A stretch of 51,750 bases of DNA from an uncultured Planctomycetales bacterium (GTDB lineage Bacteria > Omnitrophota > Gorgyraeia > Zapsychrales > Fredricksoniimonadaceae), in contig CAZKUL010000002.1 in assembly GCA_964555945.1 (NCBI GenBank), forward strand, positions 1 through 51,750, given 5' to 3'. A program made the translations under genes and the position numbers. Shown here in pieces: positions 1 to 9,270 of this stretch (positions within the stretch are counted from its first letter, which is position 1; the number at the start of each line of letters is the position of its first letter). The notes under the pieces were generated by a model. The model did not search any database. It was given only the letters and a program-made list of their open reading frames with translations, and had not been told where the DNA came from.

Positions 1-62
1 AGTTCAACAATATCGCTGCGTTCAATGACCTGATTGATGACATCATTGGGGATCAATCCCAT
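1..62 (-). CDS. 5' end of a gene leaving the window; N-terminus resembles DNA primase DnaG
   Basis: Minus-strand ATG at 60-62 gives MGLIPNDVINQVIERSDIVE. This has the IP..I..V....DIVE pattern typical of DnaG N-termini. Only 20 codons are visible. Confidence 0.35.
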   Translation of the reverse strand, partial: MGLIPNDVINQVIERSDIVE

Positions 63-90
63 AACCAAATTTCTTTATGTTTAGTTATTT

Positions 91-157
91 GTCATCCCGG
101 CGAAGGCCGGGATCTTATTTCGAATTGTCACAAGATTCCGGCTTTCGCCGGAATGAC
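91..157. repeat. Family B palindromic repeat, inverted pair of hairpin units
   Basis: gtcatcccggcgaaggccgggatc (91-114) and gattccggctttcgccggaatgac (134-157). Each unit is a hairpin and the two are mutually inverted. Related units occur at 6721, 16096, 23365, 23828, 33459 and 39866. Confidence 0.8.
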
Positions 158-209
158 ATACTAAACTATAACTTTGTATTTATCCTGCGGCATTCGAGGA
201 TGAAGATAT

Positions 210-782
210 TTATTTATCTATAGGATGCAGTACTTGGGGGGCGGCCGCATTATAATGCTGACCCTCAAATAATTTATCAACGATATTCTTATATAAAAAA
301 CTGTAGGTACCCACTGCTGCGTGTCCGGCAATCTTAAAACTGTAAGAACGTAGGGTCATCCGTGTCAAAGGGCCATTGTGCGTCAAAAGGACCAAAAATA
401 AAGCCAGGCTGCAAACCAAAATACCCCGGCCCACAGCCACAATACCTGCCGCATACTTATTAAATCCAGGATGGTTCGTCTCCACTTTAAAAAGAATTAA
501 GATTCCGTCACTGATAAATTTAAAAGCAAGGGCGACGATAAACCAAAGGCCGGCAAACACACACAAGTCCCAATACTCCCAGGGACAATGGATTTTGCGC
601 GCGACCCATGCGGCACAGAAACTATAATAGTGAAGGCTGACAAAGACCGCTACTACAACACCCAGAGACTTAAAAAACTCTGAAATAAAACCGTTCTTGA
701 TCCCTACAAAAATCATCCGAACGAATAAAATCACTAGCGCTGCATCAATCCAGTTAATACTCTTAATGATATGTGTTAACAT
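210..782 (-). CDS. cvpA: CvpA-family membrane protein
   Basis: 190 aa with 4 hydrophobic segments. The N-terminus INWIDAALVILFV...GIKNGFISEFFKSLG matches the CvpA pattern (WID, GF..E). Confidence 0.75.
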   Translation of the reverse strand: MLTHIIKSINWIDAALVILFVRMIFVGIKNGFISEFFKSLGVVVAVFVSLHYYSFCAAWVARKIHCPWEYWDLCVFAGLWFIVALAFKFISDGILILFKVETNHPGFNKYAAGIVAVGRGILVCSLALFLVLLTHNGPLTRMTLRSYSFKIAGHAAVGTYSFLYKNIVDKLFEGQHYNAAAPQVLHPIDK

Positions 783-953
783 AATCTTAATCTACGATGC
801 AATGTTGAAGTATAACATGTGCCCCTAAGACTGTCAAGGAACCGCTTGCCCCTTGCTTGTAACGTAAATGACTGATAATGATTCGCTTATGCACCAAATC
901 AAAGTATATTTGGCCTTATTTATAATGAAAAAACCTGAGGATAATCCGTGATC

Positions 954-3900
954 CTAAACCGCGGCAGGGGCAGGCATTGCACGCTCAATCGGCACGGGGA
1001 CCTGGGGACTTTGAGGTTTATACTCATTGAATTTCACAGATACAATGCGTGATACACCCCGCTCCTGCATGGTGACCCCATACATGATATCAGCGGCATT
1101 CATGGTATTTTTATTGTGCGTAATGACGATAAACTGGGCAATTTTAGCAAATTCTTTGAGCATCCCCGCAAAACGCCCCACATTAGACTCATCCAAGGCT
1201 GCATCAATCTCATCCAGGACGCAGAAAGGACTGGGATTGACTTTAAAGACTCCAAAAATAAGCGCAATGGCGGTCAATGTCTTTTCACCACCGGACATAA
1301 GACTGATATTTTGTAATTTCTTGCCCGGTGGCCTGGCCACAATATCAATGCCGCTTTCCAGCGCGTTTTCCGGGTCAAGCAAAACCAATTGGGCTTCCCC
1401 TCCGCCAAAGAGCATACGGAAATAAACTTTAAATTCTTCATTGACCTTAACAAAGGTATCCGTAAACATCTGCCGGGTGGTCCTGTTGATTTTTTGAATC
1501 GTAGAGAGCAACTGCTCGCGGGCGGTCAACAAATCACTTTGCTGCTTGGTCAAGAATTCATACCTGCCTTTGAGTTCTGCGAATTCTTCAATAGCCACAA
1601 AATTAACAGCACCATAAGACTCACAGCGTTTTTTGAGTTTTTCGATTTCTAGAGTGAGTTCGTCGATGCTGAGTTGGGGGAGTTGCTCGGCAGTGGGTTG
1701 GGAAGCTTGCTCGGCAGTCGGGGTTCCCTCGGTTGCTTCTTGTTTCGCGGACGGTGGTTCCACTGGGGTGCTTTCACATTCAATACTACCTTGCTCGGCA
1801 ACCTGCTCGGGGACACGACTAAAGTCATGTCCCCTGGTTGGCAAAGCTTCAGCTTGCGTGGTTGAAAGCTCTCGCACTGGTTCATTCTGGATTTGGTCCC
1901 AGTCGATTTTGTAGGCTTGGAGCAGGCGTTCTTTGAGGGTGCGTTGGTTGAATTGGACTTCCTGCTGGCGCATCTGCTGATGGTGCATTTGGGTTTTGAT
2001 ACGGATGATCTCATCTTCAATGCCCCTGATCCCATTACGCAGGGAATTGAGACGGCGGGACATTTCTTCCTTTTTGGCTGACTCTTCATTGAGGACGACG
2101 CTTAAAGCCTCTTTCTTGCGCTGTAACCCTTCAATCGCCGCCTGCAGAAGGACAATATCTTCGCTGACCTTGATTTTCCTGGCGGCCAATTCCCGGTTCT
2201 CCAATTCGAAACGGTTGATGTCCGTCAAATCTCGATCAAGATTCTGGGTATGTAAGGCCAAATTGTCCTCAAAGCCTTTACGCTTATCGGATAACGAAGA
2301 TAACTCTGTTTCCAATTGGGCCACGGCGATATTCAATTCCTGACGTTCATGGTCCTTGGATGCAATGGCCTCATGTTTGAACTTAATATCTTCCTGGCAT
2401 CGCGTAATTTGGCTCCCCAAGCCTTGCAAACCTATGGATAATTCTGTTTCTTGTATTTTTAAGGACGCGATGGTCGACTCGGCTTCAGCAAATTCAGAGG
2501 TGATGACATCCAATTCTCCCACGAGCTTTCCGGAAACCAATTCAATATCATTTTTCTGGGATTCCAACACGGAGAATTTCTTTTCTTGGTCCTGGATATT
2601 CTTAAGGACATCCTCAACTCCGTTGCCCTGCTCTTGAATCTGCTGGCTAAGCTGGCTTTTTAATTCGAGGGCCTGGGCTAGTTTTCCATCGATCGTGGCT
2701 ATGCGATCATCCAAATACTGCAAATCCAACTCCACATATTTGGTCTCATAGATAATTTCAAAAATTTCCGAAGAATTCTGATAGGTCTCATTCTCACCAT
2801 CCGGCACGCATTCAAAGCCATTGGGCCTTTTGACTTTGACTTCCTTGATCTTGCCGATAATGCCCGTTTGCTTCTCCGTCGGACAGACGGTCGCGGTAAA
2901 ACGCCCTTCAACAACCGGGTCAGGGATGTCCTGGTATTGGACCTGCATTTTCTGGATAAATTCTTTTTGGGACAATAGAAAGACATGGTTCTTTTCCAGG
3001 TCATCAATGGTGGCTTCCTGGACGGCAAAACGGCTTTTTAATTCTTCAAGGGCATGGCGGCGGGTATTGCAATCAGCCCAACAGGCTTCCAATTGGGCTT
3101 GCACTTGGGCAATCGCCTGGCTTAGCGCTTCGCTGCGTTGATAAACCTGCACCTTTTCATCATTGATCTTGGAATTTTCATGCTCCAGACGGGCCTTGCG
3201 TGCCTGGGCTTCCATGGTCCGTTTCATATTCTCGGTCAATTGGTTCTTGAAACGCACCTGCTGGCCATTGAGGCCTAAAATTTCACGCTCCACCTGCTCA
3301 ATGGAAGATTTAGATTGCTCTATAGCGTGCACCAGAACACTTAAATCCTTTTTCTTCTGCTCCAGGCCGGCTTGTAAGGCTGATAAATTCTGAGCCAGAC
3401 GCGACAGGGCTTCCTTGATCTCTTCAATCCTGGCTTGATGGGTGCTGCAACGCCCCAGAGCTGCGGCCTTGTCTGCCTCCAGACGCTGGCAAGTCTCATC
3501 CATGCTTTGCAAGCGCTCTTCATTAAAGGCAATCTGGCGGGTATTCATCGCCACTTCATTTTCTAAATGAATGTCCTGGGCTTTTAATTCATTAATGCGC
3601 TCATCGATCTCTTCTAATTGGAGGGCCTCATTGTCAATGCGGTTATTGAGGTCTTCCAGTTGCTTGGTCAAATCAAGTTCCTGGGTTTGTAAGGCCCTGA
3701 CAGCAGCGGCCATCTCTTCACTCTCATTGATGTAACGGGACATCTGATGGCGCGCAAAGGTCAATTCATAACCTTTGAGGACCTCAAACTCTTCCTTGTA
3801 GCGCTGGGCCTTTTTGGCCTGGCGTTCGATCGTGGCGATCTGGCGCTTGACCTCAACGACAATATCGTTGATCCGCAATAAATTATCTTCCGTGTCCTTA

Positions 3901-4442
3901 AGTTTGCTTAAAGCTTCTTTCTTTTTGCTTTTATATTTGGTAATACCGGCGGCTTCATCGAAAATCTGGCGGCGGTCATCCGGCTTGGCGGAAACAACCA
4001 GGTCTACCTTGCCTTGCTGGATGAGCGAATAGGCCTCGGCGCCAACGCCGGTGCCTAAAAAAAGCTCCACAATGTCTTTTAAGCGTGAGGTATTTTTATT
4101 GATCAAATATTCGCTTTCACCGGAACGGAAAAGGCGGCGCGTGACAATGACTTCATCATGATCGAGCGGTAAAATACGTGATTCGTTGGAAAAAGTGAGG
4201 CTGACTTCCGCAAAGCCTAATGGGGCTTTCTGGTCGGTGCCATTGAAGATGACATCTTCCATGGAGGACCCGCGCAACTCCTTGACGCTTTGCTCGCCTA
4301 AAACCCAGCGGATGGCATCAAAGACATTACTTTTACCGCAGCCATTAGGCCCTACGATAGCAGAAATGCCCGGTTGGAACTCCAACACGGTCTTCTGGGC
4401 AAAGGACTTGAACCCGAATATTTCTAAACGCCTAAAATACAT
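954..4442 (-). CDS. smc: Chromosome segregation protein SMC
   Basis: 1162 aa. Walker A is GPNGCGKSN. Long coiled coils flank a hinge. The signature LSGGEK and Walker B FCVLDEIDAALD lie at the C-terminus. Confidence 0.97.
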   Translation of the reverse strand: MYFRRLEIFGFKSFAQKTVLEFQPGISAIVGPNGCGKSNVFDAIRWVLGEQSVKELRGSSMEDVIFNGTDQKAPLGFAEVSLTFSNESRILPLDHDEVIVTRRLFRSGESEYLINKNTSRLKDIVELFLGTGVGAEAYSLIQQGKVDLVVSAKPDDRRQIFDEAAGITKYKSKKKEALSKLKDTEDNLLRINDIVVEVKRQIATIERQAKKAQRYKEEFEVLKGYELTFARHQMSRYINESEEMAAAVRALQTQELDLTKQLEDLNNRIDNEALQLEEIDERINELKAQDIHLENEVAMNTRQIAFNEERLQSMDETCQRLEADKAAALGRCSTHQARIEEIKEALSRLAQNLSALQAGLEQKKKDLSVLVHAIEQSKSSIEQVEREILGLNGQQVRFKNQLTENMKRTMEAQARKARLEHENSKINDEKVQVYQRSEALSQAIAQVQAQLEACWADCNTRRHALEELKSRFAVQEATIDDLEKNHVFLLSQKEFIQKMQVQYQDIPDPVVEGRFTATVCPTEKQTGIIGKIKEVKVKRPNGFECVPDGENETYQNSSEIFEIIYETKYVELDLQYLDDRIATIDGKLAQALELKSQLSQQIQEQGNGVEDVLKNIQDQEKKFSVLESQKNDIELVSGKLVGELDVITSEFAEAESTIASLKIQETELSIGLQGLGSQITRCQEDIKFKHEAIASKDHERQELNIAVAQLETELSSLSDKRKGFEDNLALHTQNLDRDLTDINRFELENRELAARKIKVSEDIVLLQAAIEGLQRKKEALSVVLNEESAKKEEMSRRLNSLRNGIRGIEDEIIRIKTQMHHQQMRQQEVQFNQRTLKERLLQAYKIDWDQIQNEPVRELSTTQAEALPTRGHDFSRVPEQVAEQGSIECESTPVEPPSAKQEATEGTPTAEQASQPTAEQLPQLSIDELTLEIEKLKKRCESYGAVNFVAIEEFAELKGRYEFLTKQQSDLLTAREQLLSTIQKINRTTRQMFTDTFVKVNEEFKVYFRMLFGGGEAQLVLLDPENALESGIDIVARPPGKKLQNISLMSGGEKTLTAIALIFGVFKVNPSPFCVLDEIDAALDESNVGRFAGMLKEFAKIAQFIVITHNKNTMNAADIMYGVTMQERGVSRIVSVKFNEYKPQSPQVPVPIERAMPAPAAV
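1809..1843. repeat. Hairpin repeat unit (PTRGH type) embedded in frame in smc
   Basis: ggggacacgactaaagtcatgtcccctggttggca. The same ends (ggggacacg...catgtcccctggttggca) recur at 7088-7136. It translates as LPTRGH inside a low-complexity SMC insertion. Confidence 0.7.
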
Positions 4443-4515
4443 ATTATCACTTTATAACATTTAACAGGGGTGTCAACGGAGAATTAATCTTTTTTCGACG
4501 GCATAAAATAGTGGT

Positions 4516-7500
4516 TTATCCAGATACGTGATTAATCCCAAGGAATTGCCGTAAATTCATTGGATGCATGTTGATAATCACCGCCGTGAATCCTGGGGCA
4601 TTTCGTAATTCTGCCAGCATGGCGGGATTAATGTGAAATCTTATGCTTCCTTTCTCATTTCCTCCACCTTCTCTTTTAGTTTCCACATCCATACGCGCAG
4701 GTGTCAAATCGATACCGCCGGGAGTTAAGTCACTATGGTGCATGGCTCTGTCCCCCATAACGTCACGATACAGCGTCTCCAATGTGGGGTCCTCATTCAA
4801 ATGATAAAATCTATTCTTTTCCCATGCTTGGGCACCTGCAAAGGCCTTTACCATTTTTTCCATTTCTTCTATCTCTCTTTGCATTTCTAAATATTCCCTA
4901 GATATTTGCTTATCCTTCAGTTCAAGACGTAACTCCTTTATTTCATGAAGCAGCACCCTCATCTCTTCAGGAGTTTGTATGACAGGAATCTTTTGAGGAA
5001 CGACCGGATGTGGTAGTCGCACCGGTGTATTTAAATCCTCCAAACTTTCAATACCCCTGATTAAAATATTAAAGTCCTTGGGATTTCTACCTGCAAACGC
5101 TGGCTCTTTCATTAGGACATTCTCTACCAACATTTCTGGTAAATGCAAAGCAAGATTTCCATGATGGACATAAATGATCATAGGTTTTTTAAATGCATCG
5201 TTATCGTCCTCATAATGGACTTTCAACACCTCACCTAAATTCCTGTAGAGCTCCGCTGTGATCATCGGTTGTGGTAAGAATACGGCATAACCCGGCCCCC
5301 ATGGCCTGACAGTCATCGTTTCAGGCGGTTCAGCAATCGCGAGGTGCATTTTATTCCAACTGTCTCTTTCATAAATAACGCCACCGGAGCCGACCGAAGC
5401 ATCATTCATCGCTGCATCACTTGCTTTCACCTCGTGACCATTTTTTAGTGCTGAATACATTGCTGGATCCAGCTTCAACAAATCATTCGCCACTCCAACA
5501 ATCTGGCGAATTTCTTGAACAGTAAAAATTGGTTCTTCGGAACGAAAATTCCATTCTTCCAATTGTTCCTGCAATAAGGTATCCGAAATATAGCCATCAA
5601 AATAATGTTTAAAAACAAATTCAAGATTTAATTTTTCTAATCTGTCTCCAAATCGAGCCAACATATAACTGATTTTTCGTTGAACCGCTTGTTCTTTAGA
5701 TAATCCAGAGAAACTAATCATTTTTAATTGTTCAACAAATCTATCCACCTCATCCTCAAACGCATAACTAAATTTACCAACAGATGCGTCATAAGAGAGG
5801 CCATTTCTAGGCACACCTATCTCACGGTACTCTGCCATTGTTCTTGCTTGATTGACTCCTCCATCATAAATGTAATCCAAAACTGCTGATCTCAAAATAA
5901 ATGGCACACTAATTAAGGTCGGCATTTGTTTAACCTTTTCAAAAAAGTCTCTCCCATTTAATCCATGTGGAAAATGTAAATCAGAAACTATAAGGTCAAT
6001 CCTTAAATTTCCTTCAGCAAACTTTTTTAAAGCAGCCTCACATGTTTCGAACGAAATTACATGGAATCCTTTACGTTCCAATATTTTCGTTGCTTTGCTT
6101 ATTTCTTTCGGATCATCATCAACTACAATAGCTATGGGGGCATCTGCTTTTAAAGATCCTATTGATGTCCTCATTGCTGCGTCAATAGAGAACTGGCCAT
6201 CATTTTTAGAAACATTACTTGTCAATTGTGCATTGTCAGGAAGCGGATTAGATGATTTAGTGCGACCATAATGAATTCTTGTATCAACCTCTTCGATTAG
6301 TTGTCTGAGTGTAGGTCGGTCGCGATTTGTTTGTATTTTAAGAAGTTCCGATTCTTCACTTATCACTCTTTTAGCCATGCTAACAGCGTATCTAGGCGGG
6401 ATCCCTGAATATCCTCCCTCTTCTGCCCAGGTCTTAAATCTCGCCAAAAGATTACTGTCAGTACTCATCGCTGCATTACTTACATCTGTGGTTATTCGCA
6501 TATTTACCTGGACCATGGCAGGGTTACCAGCGGGGGCATGGTTGGTTTCAACCTGAAACTCCGTCCCCATAGCCAAATCGGTTCCGCCGGAGAAGTATTT
6601 TCTGGGGATGGGTTGCTGGCTTAAGGGATCAACATCTTCCTTGATATAGTTGTAGGCGCCTTTTTTGAAGGCTTGGAGATAGCGTTGGTAGATGAGTTGG
6701 ACTTCGTTGTTTAAATCTTTGTCATTCTGAGCCGAAGGCGAAGAATCTAAAGGTGTCTTAAGATTCTTCGCTGCGCTCAGGATGACGGGATACTTTGGGA
6801 TGACGGAATTTTCATATTGTATTCCCACCACCTTCTTCTTATCTTCATAAACCATCGCCAGGATGCTGTCTTTGATTTTCTTCTTGTACCACGTGGCCAA
6901 AATCAGGGAATTGTAGACTTGACGCAATTGGGTGAAATTCTGGCCTTCGTTGACTTCTTTGGTGAGTTCGGGGATGACGATTGCGCGGACGACTTGGGAG
7001 CCTAAAGCGTTTATGTCTTTGGTTGACGTATGGGGGTTTACCTGGGATGCTTTCGCATTCAACAGTAGTTGGGTTGGCAACGTGCTTGGGGACACGTACC
7101 CCCGCCATGGCGGGGGAACATGTCCCCTGGTTGGCATCACATCGCGAAGGTCTTTCCCCATTGCCAAATAATCCTGTTCCAGCATGACTTTTAATTTGCT
7201 TTCTACCACATAGGCTGTCCCTGCCTTCGCATTCTCATAAACTACGGCTTTTTCGGGAATAATCCAGACCTTATTAAAGGTATTTACAGGAATATTGGTG
7301 GTCCCAAATTGTTGGGCGGCCTGTGCGTAGATGCGTTTCCAGAATTTCTTTCCTGTTTCTCCTTCGGGATAGATTAAGCTGGCGGTGATTTGCTTAAGCA
7401 TATAGTCCTCGGCAAGCAGATCGCGTCCCATTTCTGTGAAGCCGAAGCTGCGGGGAATGATGCGATTGCGTTCGTAAGGACTCAAATTGACCCAGAGGTC

Positions 7501-7830
7501 ATTTTCCGGGATGGTTAAAGAGGCAAGGAAGTATTTGATTAATTTTGTAGATTCTTTACGTAGAGACGCAAAATTTTGCGTCTCTACATCTCCTTTATCT
7601 AGAATAAAATCGAATCTAAATGGGTTCTCGGGATGGACTTTGATGCCTTTAAGAATTGGAGGGTTAAACGGGAGACTTAGGGGCACCATGACCCCGGGCG
7701 TGGGCAAAAAGAATTCATGAGCTTGGGCCGACGGTAAGGGACCAATGGTATTGATAAAAAATACCAATAAAAGAAAAAAGGCATGCTTTGGCCTTAAAAA
7801 AAGGCCACGCAAGAAAGTATTTGAAGGCAT
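4516..7830 (-). CDS. Large exported modular protein of unknown function (paralog A), with an internal receiver-like domain
   Basis: The ORF-track start at 7866 is GTG. The ATG at 7830 gives the signal peptide MPSNTFLRGLFLRPKHAFFLLLVFFINTIGPLPSAQA. The N-terminal ~330 aa are colinear with 13168..15486. Other features are the segment PIAIVVDDD...LIVSDLHFP, recurrent D/N-A/P-A-M motifs and a C-terminal GGIDL module. Confidence 0.85.
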   Translation of the reverse strand: MPSNTFLRGLFLRPKHAFFLLLVFFINTIGPLPSAQAHEFFLPTPGVMVPLSLPFNPPILKGIKVHPENPFRFDFILDKGDVETQNFASLRKESTKLIKYFLASLTIPENDLWVNLSPYERNRIIPRSFGFTEMGRDLLAEDYMLKQITASLIYPEGETGKKFWKRIYAQAAQQFGTTNIPVNTFNKVWIIPEKAVVYENAKAGTAYVVESKLKVMLEQDYLAMGKDLRDVMPTRGHVPPPWRGYVSPSTLPTQLLLNAKASQVNPHTSTKDINALGSQVVRAIVIPELTKEVNEGQNFTQLRQVYNSLILATWYKKKIKDSILAMVYEDKKKVVGIQYENSVIPKYPVILSAAKNLKTPLDSSPSAQNDKDLNNEVQLIYQRYLQAFKKGAYNYIKEDVDPLSQQPIPRKYFSGGTDLAMGTEFQVETNHAPAGNPAMVQVNMRITTDVSNAAMSTDSNLLARFKTWAEEGGYSGIPPRYAVSMAKRVISEESELLKIQTNRDRPTLRQLIEEVDTRIHYGRTKSSNPLPDNAQLTSNVSKNDGQFSIDAAMRTSIGSLKADAPIAIVVDDDPKEISKATKILERKGFHVISFETCEAALKKFAEGNLRIDLIVSDLHFPHGLNGRDFFEKVKQMPTLISVPFILRSAVLDYIYDGGVNQARTMAEYREIGVPRNGLSYDASVGKFSYAFEDEVDRFVEQLKMISFSGLSKEQAVQRKISYMLARFGDRLEKLNLEFVFKHYFDGYISDTLLQEQLEEWNFRSEEPIFTVQEIRQIVGVANDLLKLDPAMYSALKNGHEVKASDAAMNDASVGSGGVIYERDSWNKMHLAIAEPPETMTVRPWGPGYAVFLPQPMITAELYRNLGEVLKVHYEDDNDAFKKPMIIYVHHGNLALHLPEMLVENVLMKEPAFAGRNPKDFNILIRGIESLEDLNTPVRLPHPVVPQKIPVIQTPEEMRVLLHEIKELRLELKDKQISREYLEMQREIEEMEKMVKAFAGAQAWEKNRFYHLNEDPTLETLYRDVMGDRAMHHSDLTPGGIDLTPARMDVETKREGGGNEKGSIRFHINPAMLAELRNAPGFTAVIINMHPMNLRQFLGINHVSG
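6721..6804. repeat. Family B palindromic repeat inserted in frame in paralog A
   Basis: gtcattctgagccgaaggcgaagaatc (6721-6747) and gattcttcgctgcgctcaggatgac (6762-6786), plus a partial third unit. It encodes VIPKYPVILSAAKNLKTPLDSSPSAQND, a segment absent from paralog B at the aligned position. Confidence 0.8.
7088..7136. repeat. Hairpin repeat unit (PTRGH type) inserted in frame in paralog A
   Basis: ggggacacgtacccccgccatggcgggggaacatgtcccctggttggca, with the nested 18-nt perfect palindrome cccccgccatggcggggg. It encodes MPTRGHVPPPWRGYVSP, absent from paralog B. Confidence 0.75.
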
Positions 7831-7872
7831 ACGGGAAGTATAACACGTATATTTATAGACAACCACCAGGGG

Positions 7873-7901
7873 AAGAGAATTCTTATGGAAAGAGAATTCT
7901 T
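7873..7901. promoter_or_regulatory. Direct repeat of a 12-nt palindrome-containing box, AAGAGAATTCTT x2
   Basis: Identical 12-mers at 7873-7884 and 7890-7901. They sit between the GH1 stop (7908) and the paralog A start. Each contains the palindrome AGAATTCT. Confidence 0.35.
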
Positions 7902-7907
7902 CCAGGG

Positions 7908-9128
7908 CTAAACTTCTAGAATGCCTGTTTTGCAGACTTGAGCAAATTTGGTGGCACTATCTCTGACAGTTCTCTGGTAGGTCTTGAAATCAATATCAAT
8001 CAACCCAAATCGCGGCTTAAAGCCCTCTGCCCATTCGAAGTTGTCCATCAAGGACCAGTACAGGTATCCTGTGACATTGACACCCTGGTCCATGGCCAGG
8101 CGCACATTCTTGAGATGGCTTTGGATGTATTCCCAACGCTCGTTATCATCACTGGTACAAATGCCATTCTCAGCGACGATCACCGGCAATTTGTATTTCT
8201 TTAGTTCCAAGAGGACCTGGGACAGCCCTTGCGGATAAATGTCCCAGCCCAGGCCATTTTTCTTGCACGGATGATGGTTATCACTGCATTTTTCCATCAG
8301 CAAATTGCCAATCCACCAGCTATGCACATCCACCAGGTGCCTGGAATAATAATTAAGTCCGATGAAGTCAAGGGTCCTATAATGGGCCAAATGATCGAGG
8401 ACCGCAAAATTATAGATCTGCTTTCTCATGGCGACGGCCAATCGGTTGCGCAGGCGCTTGTCACAACCCACAATGGCCTGCATATGCTGGGCGATGCTGA
8501 CAGCAGGTTTATCTACCTTCAACTCTTTATAAATTCGATGGATCATCCGGTAGGCCTCGATATGGGCTTCATTCAAATTGTGATAGACGGCCTTGGTCTG
8601 AAGGATGGATTTTTTCTGCGGCGGCCACATGCCCCATAGAAAAGAATGAGAAAAATAAACAGTAGGTTCGTTGATGGTAAACCAAAAATGGACGCCGCGG
8701 GCCAGGGCACGGGTGACAAATTCACCATAACGCAAAAAGCGCTTCATGCTCCGTGCGTCACTCCAGCCACCAGAGTCAGCAAACCACTGGGGGTTGGTGA
8801 AATGGTGTAGAGTCACCATCGGTTCAATCCCACGCGTGCGCAGGGCCCTGATCACATTAATATAATGGACAATGGCTTCATCTGAAAATTCTCCCTCGCG
8901 GGGCTCGATACGGCTCCATTCGATGGAAAGGCGGTGGGCATTGTGGTTCAAACTTTTGACCAGGTCAAAATCCTGCTCAAAAAGCTCGTAATGGCGGCAG
9001 GCCGGGCCAGAGTTTTCATGGCCGGTCTTCTTCTCCCAGGCCCACCAATCCGCGTTGAGATTATTTCCTTCCACCTGATAGGAGGATGTCGCGGCGCCCC
9101 AGTAAAATTCTTTTGGAAATTGGATCAT
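7908..9128 (-). CDS. Glycoside hydrolase family 1 (beta-glucosidase-like)
   Basis: 406 aa. The N-terminus is FPKEFYWGAATSSYQVEGN. The acid/base motif is TINEP and the nucleophile motif is VAENG. Confidence 0.93.
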   Translation of the reverse strand: MIQFPKEFYWGAATSSYQVEGNNLNADWWAWEKKTGHENSGPACRHYELFEQDFDLVKSLNHNAHRLSIEWSRIEPREGEFSDEAIVHYINVIRALRTRGIEPMVTLHHFTNPQWFADSGGWSDARSMKRFLRYGEFVTRALARGVHFWFTINEPTVYFSHSFLWGMWPPQKKSILQTKAVYHNLNEAHIEAYRMIHRIYKELKVDKPAVSIAQHMQAIVGCDKRLRNRLAVAMRKQIYNFAVLDHLAHYRTLDFIGLNYYSRHLVDVHSWWIGNLLMEKCSDNHHPCKKNGLGWDIYPQGLSQVLLELKKYKLPVIVAENGICTSDDNERWEYIQSHLKNVRLAMDQGVNVTGYLYWSLMDNFEWAEGFKPRFGLIDIDFKTYQRTVRDSATKFAQVCKTGILEV

Positions 9129-9270
9129 TGAACTCCTTGCCCCCCTCCCTCACCCCTCCCCACAAGGGGGAGGGAAATAAAAAAGGGAATGATTGGAATT
9201 ATAGCATTCCAAAATAAAAATCCTTTAAAAATGTGTTTATTTGCTTTCAAGTAAAGAGTAAATTAAACGC

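Noticed and set aside
800-816. Weak look-alikes of the 21-nt motif at 800-816, 9198-9220, 12999-13019 and 15511-15533
   Set aside because: Only one half-site or the AT-rich part matches, and the spacing differs. They are compatible with ordinary AT-rich promoter sequence, so I did not count them as copies.
1027-4464. About a dozen plus-strand ORFs of 60-130 aa inside the smc region, with similar antisense ORFs inside pyk, cydA, the kinases, the Aas fusion and other genes
   Set aside because: All lie antisense to long reading frames that carry clear catalytic motifs. Their translations are low-complexity. They are shadow ORFs.
9154-9174. Hairpin ccctcccc-acaag-ggggaggg upstream of the GH1 gene, and a loosely similar one at 48775-48815, as a third repeat family
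   Set aside because: There are only two loose copies with different stems. That is too little to call a family. It may simply be local structure around the GH1 ribosome-binding site.
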